Shown: one piece after another, positions 50,573 through 62,825 of the stretch | Position numbering within the stretch: the stretch's first letter is position 1 | Layout: every line of letters begins with the position of its first letter | Origin: Trichosphaerium sp. ATCC 40318 | Lineage: Eukaryota; Protista; Tubulinea | Length of the DNA stretch: 64,000 nucleotides | Direction: 5' to 3' | Assembly: GCA_038496445.1 (NCBI GenBank) | Contig: JALMLS010000612.1 | Span: 760,998 to 824,997 of the forward strand | Notes under the pieces: generated by a model | The model's database searches: none | What the model was told of the DNA's origin: nothing | Seen by the model: only the letters and a program-made list of their open reading frames with translations | Made by a program: the position numbers and the translations under genes

Positions 50573-52940
50573 ATGAGTGGAATTGGCGCCAATTCAGGTA
50601 CACTGTCATTTTGTACCTACTCTAATACCCTCATACAGTGACAAATGCGCCTAGAAGCACTGTACAACAAATTCACGCTTTAAATGGTAAATTACTTGCC
50701 AGCAAACGTACAACTATGGTATTACGAGTTTCTATGCACTCAAAAAAGTAGGTAGCATAGAATTACACGATTTGGCTCAAGTGGCGCGGATAACGCTAAA
50801 TCTAGCTCTATTACAAATACAAAATGCTCCAGAGAGTGCACTCACAACTCTACTGGACTCTATTTCATTCATCAGCATTGCTGCACAACTTCTAGACACT
50901 AAACATACTATCAACGGCCAGGTACATTAACATGCTATCACACCGCGGTCTTGACATTATGCGATAGGTTTATGGCGTTTATGACGGTTCAAAGTTCGCG
51001 TTAACACCCGACAATATCAGGCTTCTAGATACTTGTAAGGACGACTTTATACAATCAACTACACCCCTACAGTCTTGTCAACTTGTAGCAACAACTTTTC
51101 TCAATGTGAGTTGCACAGATATTCTTTTTATGACTTAATCCTAAAATAGAAAGATAACGAATTTTCTAATCTTGTTTGGCATTTACTTCTTCTGTCTTCA
51201 TATTGTTGGATTAGATTAAATAATGGAAAGAGTATATCTATAATTCAGATGCTATTGGCTACTAATTATTGCAAATCAGCAGCTGAACGGTAACTTCTTT
51301 AAAAGCTACTTTTCATTCATTGAAAAAAATTTGACATTCTTCTTAGTGTACATACTATAGAGTACCTTCAGGCTTTTTATTTCTATACTTCGGGTAATAC
51401 AAAGGACGTTGTAAAGGCATTAGATGCAGTTGGTAGTCAAGATATGTTGTCACCTGCTGGTTTTCTTAAAGGTATTGAAAGGTATACTCTATTTTTCGGG
51501 TTTTAAGCTAAAGGTTAGGTTGTTGTTTGTACGATATTGGTGATTATGAGCAAGCTATTAAATGTTTTAATACTTCTCATAAACTTAATTACCGCAGTGC
51601 GGAGTCTCAGAATAATATGGGTTGTATTGATATTGTGCAGGTTTGAAAAAAAAATAAAAAAGCGATAAAAATTGCCCACTTAACTTTTTCTTTAGGGAAG
51701 GATTTCATCTGGCATTTCTAAGTACCAGCGGGCAATTGGTCTAGAATTTGCGCACTTTGAGCCTATATATAATATAGGGCTACAATATCATAGACTAAAC
51801 AAAGCTGAACAGAGTACACAAATGTTTAAACTACTCCTAAAGGCAAATTTTATTTTTCTTCCAAACCATTTTGCGGTTTGTTGTCTAACAGTCAGTTCTT
51901 TAGGCTCAAGATGAAATATCAAATGACACTTTAAACCGATTACCTATGCCAAATGATAACGAATTACTTAATGATACTACTTTAAAGCATATTATAGGCG
52001 TGAGCCTTCTTGGTAAACACAAAGTTCAACTGTAAACAAATTCTCATTTTTTTTCTCCTTTTTTTAGAGCAAAAGGAGTATGATAAGGCTCTTCAAGTTT
52101 TTCTTCCTCTGGTCATGCCCTCACCTACAAACTCTATATCAAAGGTAAAAGCAATTACATTAATAACAAGTCATTAACGTACTTTCTAGGGGCACCAACA
52201 ACACAAGAGTATAAAGAGAACAATTTACCATGATGCATTATTTGCTGCACTTTGCGCAAATGGACCAGTTTTAGATATTTGTAATCAAGCATTAGTGGTG
52301 TTTCCAGATGACCCAACTTGCTTGTTTTACAAGTCTGAAATGTTATTGGTTTCTTGTAAACCAAAGAAAGCTCTAAAGACTGTTAATAAGTGTCTAAAGC
52401 TTTTAAAAGGGAAAAAGGAAACAGGTGAAGCCTATTCTATTGAACTCGAGGTGAGAAATGTAGTTGTTTGAAATCACTTAATGATTGATAGTCTGATGCT
52501 TGTAATAACAAAGGTTTGATGTTACAGTGTTTACAGAGATATGAAAATGCCATAGAGATGTTTAAAAAGAGCGTAGCAATCGACTCAAGTACGGACCTTC
52601 TTCAACAAAGGATTTTTTTGGTATATTAAATCTTTGCTGACTTTACGTGTTTATACAATACACATGGTTACTATAACCTCACTATTCTTTTGCTACGTAT
52701 AGAACGTAAAAAGGAAGCTTGTATTTTTTGGGAAAAGTATCGATCTAAGGATGTACGAGATAATGTTGCAAAAGCCAAAACAAAAAAGGAAATGAGGTAC
52801 TATGGTTTTTTTATTGAATTATTTACTTACTCTTGCATAGTCATCCATTATTAGCACGTGAAGTTTTGGACCCTTTACTTCTCAAACAGTTAGATGAATA
52901 CATTTCTACGTCAAAGAGTACCTTTATGGATTGCGAATAA
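50573..52940 (+). CDS. TPR-repeat protein
   Basis: Repeated TPR-like units (SQNNMGCI, EPIYNIGL, ACNNKGLMLQCLQRYENAIEMFKKS, GYYNLTILL). Many introns; model approximate. Confidence 0.7.
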
Positions 52941-53062
52941 ACCCCAATATTTAATGATGCAAAAGGTCTTTGGATGAGACTTCGAAAATAAATAAGTTTA
53001 AGTCACAGTGTTAAGGATAGTTATCGGTTACAAATGGTCTAAACAATAGGTAGCAGTTATAA

Positions 53063-54614
53063 ATGGTATTTTTTTGGACGTATCCACCGTTTAGACCTCA
53101 TGTTTTAACCACTTGCGTACTTTGTGCGTATAAACCCTTGACATTGTCGTAACTCATTCCAAATAGCTACTGTAAGCTTCATAGGCCTAGTTATTGCGCT
53201 TGTTTTGTATACTTCTTGGGACTCAGATAAGAAACATGCATTGGGCCTTTATAGCGACGGAGTAGACGTAAGTGTAACGATCAAACGCTAATTGACATGT
53301 TGTAGCAATGGAACAGTAAATTTCGTAGTGAATTCGAGAGGTACTTTGAACTCTTATAAAACATACTCATTGTACCAGCCTACGCAATCCGATAGCGTAT
53401 GGAGATACAAAAGCTAATTTAACATTACAAAAAACGGTACTACGGTGTATACACCTGTAATACTCACCCCCTTAGACAGATCCACCTACTATACCTCAAT
53501 ACACATATCAGGGTAATTGTTAAACGTTACAATGCATTATTTTCCTACATTTGCTTAAACACCTCCGAACTGCCTCTAACACGCAAAAGGTGCAATTTTT
53601 ACGAGTACAGAACCTCTTTGGATAGAATCTTGGAACGAATCTGTCATTTCACTCCCATTTACAATCGAATGTAACAAATCTGTTATTCATCAAACTGTCA
53701 GAACACCAATGTATAAAATTAAAGAGCAGGGAGTGTCAAGAGATGGTATGAACACCAAAAAAAACAGTTTTCAGCGAATTTGGCTTCTCGATTGACTTGT
53801 TTTTCTAGCTTGCGTAAAGAAAGGTGGTACGTGGAGAGTAGGAGATATATGTGATATATACCATGTTGCTACTCAAATATGCGTTAAAGTAACGGTAGAA
53901 AATGGCGTCCTTAAAGCAGATGATAGGTACTTAATTGTTTTCTTGCCTTTTTGCGTCGTTTTTACTGATTGTGCACAACTAGTTACCCTGTTCCTGGTTA
54001 TGGTTGTGGGTTATGGTTTATACACGGAGTGAGTCTATGGCATAATGTGAATTATACTGTCATTCCAGAACCAAAAGATGGGAATATTTCAATACCATTA
54101 TCAGTTACTATACGTTCATCGCATGATCCTCATTTGCTCGCTATGTACCTTACACATCACTCTCTCGATTTTGAGTATATAGATTTTGGAAAACGGTACA
54201 ATTTATACTAAAGCAATACTGTTTTCTAACGTAATTGTAGGAACACATCAATTGTCTTGTTTGGTATGAAAAAACTGTGTTACAAAAGCAAAAAAAGAAT
54301 CTATTCTTGACTGACTAATACTTATTTAGCTGTTGTTGCTACAGGAATAATATGTGTCATAATAATATTGGTACAAAACAAACCCACTATTTTTTAAAAA
54401 AAAAAAACACTACAAGCAGCTAAAGTAGTCGCTCAGCAACCAATCTAATGTTTTTTTCAAAAAGGTAATGTGCTGGAGATTAAAAAAGCAGATTGTAAAG
54501 TACAGTGATGTCAATGGTGGTGCACACCATACGACAAATGTAAACAATAATATTAGTTACACGGATTATGCAAACAAAACACCAATCAAGGGATCTCATT
54601 ATCCACAATATTGA
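53063..54614 (+). CDS. Hypothetical membrane protein with two TM segments flanking a Cys-containing ectodomain
   Basis: N-terminal hydrophobic FIGLVIALVL, ICVKV...GCG, VTIRSSHDP and C-terminal AVVATGIICVIIIL. Start uncertain. Confidence 0.55.
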
Positions 54615-54686
54615 AATGAGAAAATACTAAGAATAAAAAAAATCCCCAAATCCAAAAAACAAGCTAGCTTCTTTCAGTTTTTTTTT

Positions 54687-56956
54687 CTAGTATTGATTCT
54701 CAGCCAAGTACTCGGCTAATTCATCTACGACTGTGGCACAGTCAGGGCCTTCTATTGTTGCATCGTATGTTCCAACAACAATACAAGTGCTTGCATGCTT
54801 CATGTGCAAGCCGTGCTTGGTATTCTTTGTATTTTTGGCTGTAAGTGACTTCTTGTTTATTTGCGTCACAATGTACTATTATAAGATAAGAAAAAAACAT
54901 AAAATTTCAGAAGACAAAGAGAGTACCTTCTCTGACGCAAACGAAAATCCACTTTTTTTTATCTCTAGACGCCTTTGTCAGTATAAAGTATCGTCATATA
55001 TGATCGTACTAAAATTATTCTTAAAGCCATCCAGGACAGACGTTATGTCCTGTTCAGTAGGTACCATATCAGCAGTATCCCATACTACAGAAATGAGGAA
55101 CCACACCAAAAGAGGATTCAGTTGCACAAGTCGTACCTAACCCATCCAAACCAAAGATTAGTCCGCTAATACAATAGCCAGTATCAGTAAGGTTTTCTTT
55201 TGCATAACCTAAAAAACTCATGCGTAAGGATACGGTGTTAGCGCAGAAAAAACGTGCCTCTCCATTCATCAGAAATATCATCTAAACCAGCTGCAAGCTT
55301 TATTTCATTTGGAGGCGCACTAAAACGCTTGTTTCTGGTACTTGTTCGTCCCGAAGATGGTTGTGATGATCTAAATAAAACACATGTTACAAAAACCACT
55401 CGTAGGCATTTCAAAAGCTACTGTGGTACCTAGCAGCGATTTTATCTCGTGGTGAAATAGCAATAGGTAGCGCTACAGCCTTTCTGTTCTTTACATCAGG
55501 TGGTGCTATTACCTTACGGTCTTGTACTGATGGTGGCATAACTACCTTGCGATCCTTTACAGATGGTGGTATTACAACCTTTCTATTTGAAAGGGGTGGC
55601 GCTACTGCCTTGCGGTCTTTCACCGGTGGTATTACGTTACGTTGAGAAGGTGAAGGTAAAGATTGACCTGATCTCTTAGCGACAGCTGCTTGTAAGTTGG
55701 CGCGACTATTAGCACGAGGTTGTATGTTTGCGGCACTAGTGTTACCGGCACCTCCAAAGCGCGACTGAGCTTCTGCTAGGCTTATAGTTCCTAGGGACTT
55801 ATTTGTTGATTTGACAAGTTTGACAGTTCCTACATTTAATGTGTTAGTAGTTTAGGAATTCTGTTTTGATAATACCTTCTGTCAATGGTTCCTGCGGCTC
55901 CTTTGGTTTCGCACTTCTCTTAGGTGCTGATTCTCTCGCTGGTGTTCTACGTTGAGGTGAGGAATTTTGTGGTCGTACTGGGTGCTCTTCAGCATCAGGT
56001 GGAGCTCCATCAGGACCTTTAGAACCATCACCAATCTGGCAAGGCTCCTGTGCAATAAATCTGTTAATACACTACTAGCAGTGACAGTTCTACGTACCAA
56101 AAACTCACGCATTGGTTCTGTCGTTACACAGTCTTTCATTGAACAAACAAGATTCAACCAATTCTGCAATGCACTATCTTCTGGTTTTTGTGCAAATTTC
56201 TTGATATCTGAGAATTTTTTAATCTTAATACCACCTCCTCGCAACGTATTATCTGTAGCAGCTAATACACGAAGACGTTTGAGATGCGAATCTACTCTAG
56301 CGAACTATTACGTAGTCAGGCATAGATATTTCTTTGATTTTTTTATAATACATACCTGCTTCCAACGTCGAAAAACAAACCAACTTTGATTAGCTAAAAT
56401 AAAAATTAAAATCATGTTTCATTTTCAAAAAAATAGCTGCAACAGTCGTACACTTTGAAACAAGCAGTTTATATAACTCCACCACCTTGTTTGTATTTGC
56501 ACCGTTCTTCCGTGAGATTGTACCACACATTTCAACTGAGTACTGACCGAGTATTGGCTGCAATAAATAGAAATAAGTATAAAGAGTCAGAAATGGTAGT
56601 TTACGTTTGATGGAATCGTGACCTCTTCTTCTTTAGGCTTTTCTTTTGTACTGGCCGTACTTTTTTTTCTGATGGCTTAGAGGTCAATTTTGGCTGCTGT
56701 ACAGGCTCCTGGTACTGTTATATATTGTTTTTGAAGCGTAGTACCGTTCTTACGGGCGATGACACAACTTGTACAGGTGCAACGCTTGGGGCTTTAATAC
56801 TTGTAACTTCTCCATTGCTAAACTTGCGTATCAATCGCTCTTGTTGTTTTTTAGATAATAAAGCCCATAGCTTTTCAATAACTTCTTCAACCGTTTCAGC
56901 AGCTGTTTGTATTAGTACTACACGACCATTTCAGGCGTACCCTCTAACGATTGCAT
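54687..56956 (-). CDS. PX domain + proline-rich repeats + C-terminal profilin domain protein
   Basis: PX-like WFVFRRWKQFARVDSHL...LQNWLNLV...MREFL. Profilin-like EWRGYAKENL...GLIFGLDG...CIVVGTYD...VVDELAEYLAENQY*. Confidence 0.7.
55465..55630 (-). repeat. Coding tandem repeat, five units of 10-11 aa (PPxVxDRK[AV]V)
   Basis: PPVKDRKAVA PPLSNRKVVI PPSVKDRKVVM PPSVQDRKVIA PPDVKNRKAVA. Confidence 0.85.
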
Positions 56957-57119
56957 AAATAACTCTTCGTGTAACAGTTAGCAACTTGCTAACGCGTTTA
57001 TGATATTGTAGAGCTGCTCACACCTAAGGGTGCTGTCAAATACGTTAACAAAGTCAAATATAGTCTCAAACAGCCACAACCATTAAAACCAACTGCCAAA
57101 TCCCTCACAAGTACCCACG

Positions 57120-59230
57120 ATGGCAGAAGACAGAATGGACATTGATGATGACGCTGACTTGAACCTAAGCGTACAGGCACGTTCAAATAAACATTAAACG
57201 TACTGGTTAATAATAAACATGCTAGCTGCGGCCTATTTCAGAGGAGTTTATGTGTCCAATTTGTTATTGTTCCCTAAGCGAATGTATGATGACTGCATGT
57301 GGCCACAACTTCTGCAAGGCCTGTATTTTCGAATGTCTGAATAGAAAGCATAATTGTCCAGTTTGTAGCACTAAATCAACAAAAGAAACCCTAGTAAGAA
57401 ACCACCAGGTAGACCGCGTTATTGGTAAGTGTAGTTATTTTGGTTCTTATTTTGTTGAATTTCACTTTGGGCGTTTTTAACCGAACGAAACACTGCAGCC
57501 GCGCCTAGAACCGCGATAAAATGCGTATACACATGGACTAAACGCTTTTTAGGGATTATTAAAGTGGAAAAAGAAAAAGCGAGCAAAATGTACTTTGAAA
57601 GCCTCATAAACGGCGGTGGCCCGTCATTGACAGCATCGAATAATACAATACATCGACCGGCAAAGGAACTGTCGCCCATTGAGGGATTATTCCATAAACA
57701 CATGAAAAGAAGCCTAGTGGCGTTTGAAGAGTACTACCAGGTACAGAAAGAACGAAATATTGATTCATGTCTTCTTCTTCGCTTTAAGTTTTTATCAACA
57801 TTATTTTACCTTTGCTCTCCCTTTTAGATTAGCTCTAACCGTTCGTTTTAGAAGCTTGAAAACAAGTTTTCAAAGTCAATTATTGCAACTAAAGAGTCTT
57901 ACGCACAAGACATGGCAGCATCAAGAAGGGAAAGTAAAGTTAATGAACTGAAAGCAGAATGCGAGGGCAAAGTCAACACATTAACGGAGTCTTTTAATAT
58001 GTCAACAGAACATCTCTTAGAATCTTATGACAAGTACGTTATAAATACCGAAAATCACGTGTTAGTGATAAAAAACAAAAAAAAAAATTGCCTTGCTAGA
58101 AGGAAAGCTTTGGTTCGTTTCTTTCGGCATTTTTTGTTCTTCTTTCTTAATTTTTTTGCACATTCCTCCTTTGTTGTGCGTGTTTCTCCCTTTGCTAATG
58201 TTGCTTTTTGTTCAGTTATATGAAGTCTTTTGCACCTGCTCCTGACTTTTTACCTGTCACAGTTACACTTGTTGTAAAGGCAAAGAATAGAGAGTTTCAA
58301 AAAGTTGTTATAAAACCTACAGATAGTTGTGAAGAGTTAAAGAAGATTTTACTTGAAAAAATGGCAGCTGTAGGTGATCCAATAACAAAACTAACAAAAA
58401 ACAATATTTTTGTATTACATAAACAAATGCCTGGACAGAGCGAAGCATCAGAGGTAAGAAGATTCTACAAAAGGAAAAAAAAAAAAATCAAAAAAAAAGT
58501 CAAGATCTCATTTCTCTATGTAGGTTATGATAGCGGATTCAAACAGGCCGTTACTACAGTACGGACCAGAACCGGGAGATTCATTTATACTGATAGGAAA
58601 ATTAAAGACAAAGAGGTACATTAGCAACAGATATTTTTTTTTGTTTTTTGGTGCCAATTCTGTCACTGGCTTTTGGCTTGTAGCGCGTGTGGTATCCACT
58701 TTTTTTTTGTTTCATAGCGAAAATTAATGTTTTTTTTAGTGATCAGCCAAAGATGTGCTTTAAAGGTATGTTTGGGTTTTTTTAGTATTTTGAAGTTAAC
58801 GCTTATTATTAGATGTTTTTTCAAAAAATCAAAGCGGTGACATGGTAATGGATTACTTCACATGTCGTGATTGTAAAGTAAATTGTACGTTCAACGTTTG
58901 AGGTTTTTTTTTACTAATACACTTGCTGTATTTTTAACTCACTTGTTTGATACCTAGGGATATGTAAGAACTGCGCTGAATCATGCCATAAAGAGCATAA
59001 TGTTGTTGAGTATATCAGTGGTCATAAACCTACATGGGCATGCTGTTATTGCGTACGTTACAATTTACGATTTGGGTTTTTCTGAAAATCCTATTTTTAT
59101 TTTGTAGTTTTTTTTGTATGTTTGTTTGTTGTTACCACATGTGAGGTTCCTCCTTTATAAACCCTTACTTATTTTCTTATAGTACAGGAGTAAATGTTGT
59201 GGACTACGTAAAAAGAAGAAGGGTAAATAG
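57120..59230 (+). CDS. RING-HC E3 ligase with coiled coil, ubiquitin-like segment and C-terminal UBR-box-like Zn finger
   Basis: CPIC...CGHNFCKACIFECLNRKHNCPVC; C-terminal YFTCRDCKVNWICKNCAESCHKEH...CCYC. Confidence 0.8.
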
Positions 59231-59322
59231 TTGTAAAAAAAAAGGAAGAAAGAAACGAGATTTCAACCCCAAGAAATGAAACTCCAATCTTTCGTTTGGA
59301 TGATAATAAAAAGAGATTTGAA

Positions 59323-62307
59323 TTAATTCTTCACTTGTGATTCATCTGTTTGTTCTTTTGTATTATCTTCAGTTTGAGTAGTGGCTTCTCCTTCGGCCTT
59401 TGGTTGATCATCTTTCGATGCTTCAGTTCCATTTTGAGCTTTCTTTGTATCTTCATCACCATTTTCTTGCTCAATAGGTTTTGGCACTGGTTTTTTTCTT
59501 TCAGGGTGTTTTACTTTTGTTAGTTTAGGACTCTTTAAAGAAAATTTAAGTCCAGATCTATCATAAGTAGGTGGTGGACTCCACCACCCATAAACAGACC
59601 TATGAAAGAGTTAATCATACATGAGGTAACTGTTTATGTATCTACTCGTACCCAATTAATGGAATAGTACGCATAACGCCATCAACGTATGTTTCGTACT
59701 CTTCTTGACCTTGAACCTGTTTTTGAGCTTTCTCTGCTTGTTTAATACTTTCTGATAGAATATCACCAATAGTTGCAAGCAGCTATACATCCAAGTAAGT
59801 AAAAAACCAAAGGCACTAAAATAGTTTCATACTGGGCTCTTTTTCTCAAGTTCTACAGCTGTATCTCGGATTAAATTAACGTGGTACTCTACTTTTTCTT
59901 TTGTCAAAGGACTTGTATCCTAACGTAAGAATGAAAGGTTAATAAAACTGATCAATGAAGAAAAAAAATCCTCAAAATGCGTACAAGTGCTAATGCAATA
60001 ACAACATCTCCACGAAGATCTTTTGTTTGTGTATAGATTTGATGAGATTCAGACAAATGCTTGCATATCGATTCATTAAGAGTATTCACATCTGCTGCAA
60101 GTTTTTTAGGCATAGCCTCATCGCCTGTCATTACAAGTGAAGGTACATATCTAAAATCAAATACCACGTGAGATGATAAAATAGGTGAAAAAAAAAATCA
60201 CGGGAAGAAAAAAACCAAAAAAAACAAGACGTACCGTACAGCACCAAGTCCAACAAAGTTAGGTAATTGTACGTTGTGTAAGTCCTCTTCATTTTCAACA
60301 AGTTTTTTGAAAACAGGTTGGAGTGTATAAGCGTTTTCAATTAATCCGACTTCTGTACTTAATTTTGAAATATAGCTATCAATCAGTGCTACGGTCATTT
60401 GTGGGATATTACAGCTTGCAAGTGGATGGTATCGAATGCATTGATGACCCTTGAATCTAACTAGTTCAAGATCCAAATCAATAGCTGATGTATGGTTCAT
60501 GTCATGTAGGATTTGTTCGTTTATGGCATCCAAAATGTTCTGAGGGTTCTTTGCAGTGACAGATGATCCTGTAGGTTGATAGCGGAATAACACTTGCATA
60601 GAAAAAGGTGGAGATTCAGTGATAATATGAGGGACATTTTGTAGCTTATTATAAAGATGTGAGACCTACAAAAAGGAGTTAAGATAGAAATAATGTTGAA
60701 AGGGCAAAATAAGAAAAACAAAACGCTTACCAATCGCTTTGATACTTGCATACACTCACGGAAGTGGCTAAGTCCATTACGTTGTAATACTAACCACAAT
60801 GGTAAAGAAATCAACCCATGATCTATGAGTGTATCGACAGGCATGTTAGAGTCATCAATTGCGTTTTGAACAACTGGTTCTGGTGCTTGAACTTGTTCAT
60901 GTCTATGATTCAAATCTGATCTATAGAACACTGTTGTGATCTCGTAAGACGTTGATTGAAAAAACAATGCCGAATTGAAAACAAAACTATTTGCACTTCG
61001 TATTGCAGTTAAAATATCAGGACAATCAGGGCTACTTAGTAAAATAGCGCCTTCACTAAAAAAATATTATTACAATGTAAGAAAAAAAGAAGAAAAATAA
61101 TGTCATGTTTTTGACATTTGACACTTGACACTTACCCTTCAACATGAAGCCATAATTCTTGTCGTTTAGCTATATCACTGTATTTTTTTATGTCATCTGC
61201 GTCACCTCCAATTTCTGAACCGCTACGTGCTACTACAGCAAAAGGTGTATTGTCGCTTTCGTCTCTTAGCTTGGCGAGATCCTAGAAAAAAATTACATGA
61301 CAAAAAACTTCGCAAAACATCTTTTTTTTGATCAACTTCAAAAAAAACCACTGTACCTCTGTAAGCTCTTCTGGGCTCGAAATAAAACGTAAAGAATTCA
61401 AAGGTAATCCTAAGTTTGTTATCAGAACGTATTTGAACAATGTTTAATTCCACAGCATACCAAGAAGATAAAGAGCGTGATTTAATTCCTGTCCTTTCCA
61501 CGCTAAAAAAAAACCAAGTTAACACATAAAATACAGGAAATCTCTGAAGACATACTAGTATACACTATAGGTAGCTTCCCCTTAAACGAACGGAATCCTA
61601 AAGTTCCATGGCTTGCGAATTTTGCACCTAACGCTTCGCGTAATGCCGACACACGAGCATCTTGCATAGTTCGTGTGTACATACCTAGGGTATAATTTAG
61701 CATTCACAAAAAGAGAAGTACTGATAATGTTTTTTTGAAATATTTTCTTACCGCTCATTGCTGGTGGCAGGTTGAGGATAAAGTGGATCCAATTAATTGT
61801 TTGGCCATTTACAATCGAAGCGAACTGGTTTAACTGCGCGCTGCTCATATTTATGCGTAAATAAGCGACAAATGCCTCAGATAGTGCAATGGCGTCAGAT
61901 TGGTCATGGGTGCTACGCAAGGTTATTACAAGCGTGTTTTATAAACGTCAAACAAGATAGCGAACTAAAAAGAAAATGTACCCATCATTTAATAACGAGT
62001 CTCCTGAGGCGATTTTTGTAATATTTACGAGTCTATCTAGCACTTCCTAGCGTGAGTGTCACGTCAATCAAACAAAACAACGGAAGTGGCTGATTCTTTT
62101 GTGTGGGCATTACTTACCTTTATATCTACACTCTCTAACGCTGGTTGAGCTTTTAATTGTGATTTGCTGTAATGTTGTTAAAATCACTACCAGTCGCGAT
62201 GACACATACCTAGCAACATTTCCCTCACTAAGAATGTGCTTTTTGAAGTAATCAAAATAATTATGTAAACCTCCTACGTCTTGTGTGGGTTCCTGCTGTT
62301 CTGCCAT
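59323..62307 (-). CDS. PDXDC1: Pyridoxal-dependent decarboxylase domain-containing protein 1-like
   Basis: WLHVEG, LPLWLVLQ, GLGAVRYVP and C-terminal GVMRTIPLIGSVYGWWSPP. Confidence 0.8.
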
Positions 62308-62415
62308 GATGGTGTGAGGTGTTTGTCAATTTTCACAACAGGCGACGTGTCGCTAACCTCGCTTAGGGTTTGTACAAATAAGTTACACCAACTGTTGATA
62401 CCTCTCAAACTTGGA

Positions 62416-62811
62416 ATGTCAGGCGGTATACCACGTAATCTTGCCCTGGGTGGCGCTGTGATTGTAGGTATAGGTAGCGGTACGTATGAACGTAACAACG
62501 AAACGTATTATGTAAACTTACAAAAATAATAGCTATTTATGCGTACATTCCAATGTTCGAACGTGTTAGGTGCGTAATTGAGCGAAATTATAACTAAATA
62601 AAACAATAGAAACGAGAGAATAGCAGGTGGTTTTATTATACCGCCTGAAACCAAACAAGAGGATCCAAACGTGGCAGAATCAAACATACCAGAACAACAG
62701 GACTTGACACAATTAACAGCACCGCCATCAACACCACTAAGCAGAGCACAGCGACGAGAACGAGACCTGGCACGATTAAGAGAACGCCGACCACCAACAA
62801 GAACCTTTTAG
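62416..62811 (+). CDS. Small single-TM protein, PIGBOS1-like N-terminus (three exons)
   Basis: Spliced MSGGIPRNLALGGAVIVGIGSAIYAYIPMFERVRNERIAGGFIIPPETK...RPPTRTF*, with GT-AG introns at about 62480-62532 and 62570-62609. Confidence 0.6.
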
Positions 62812-62825
62812 TACGCAAGTGCAAT

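Noticed and set aside
62636-62824. Hydrophobic 62-aa minus-strand ORF from the track
   Set aside because: It has a non-ATG start and is the antisense shadow of the plus-strand microprotein's last exon.
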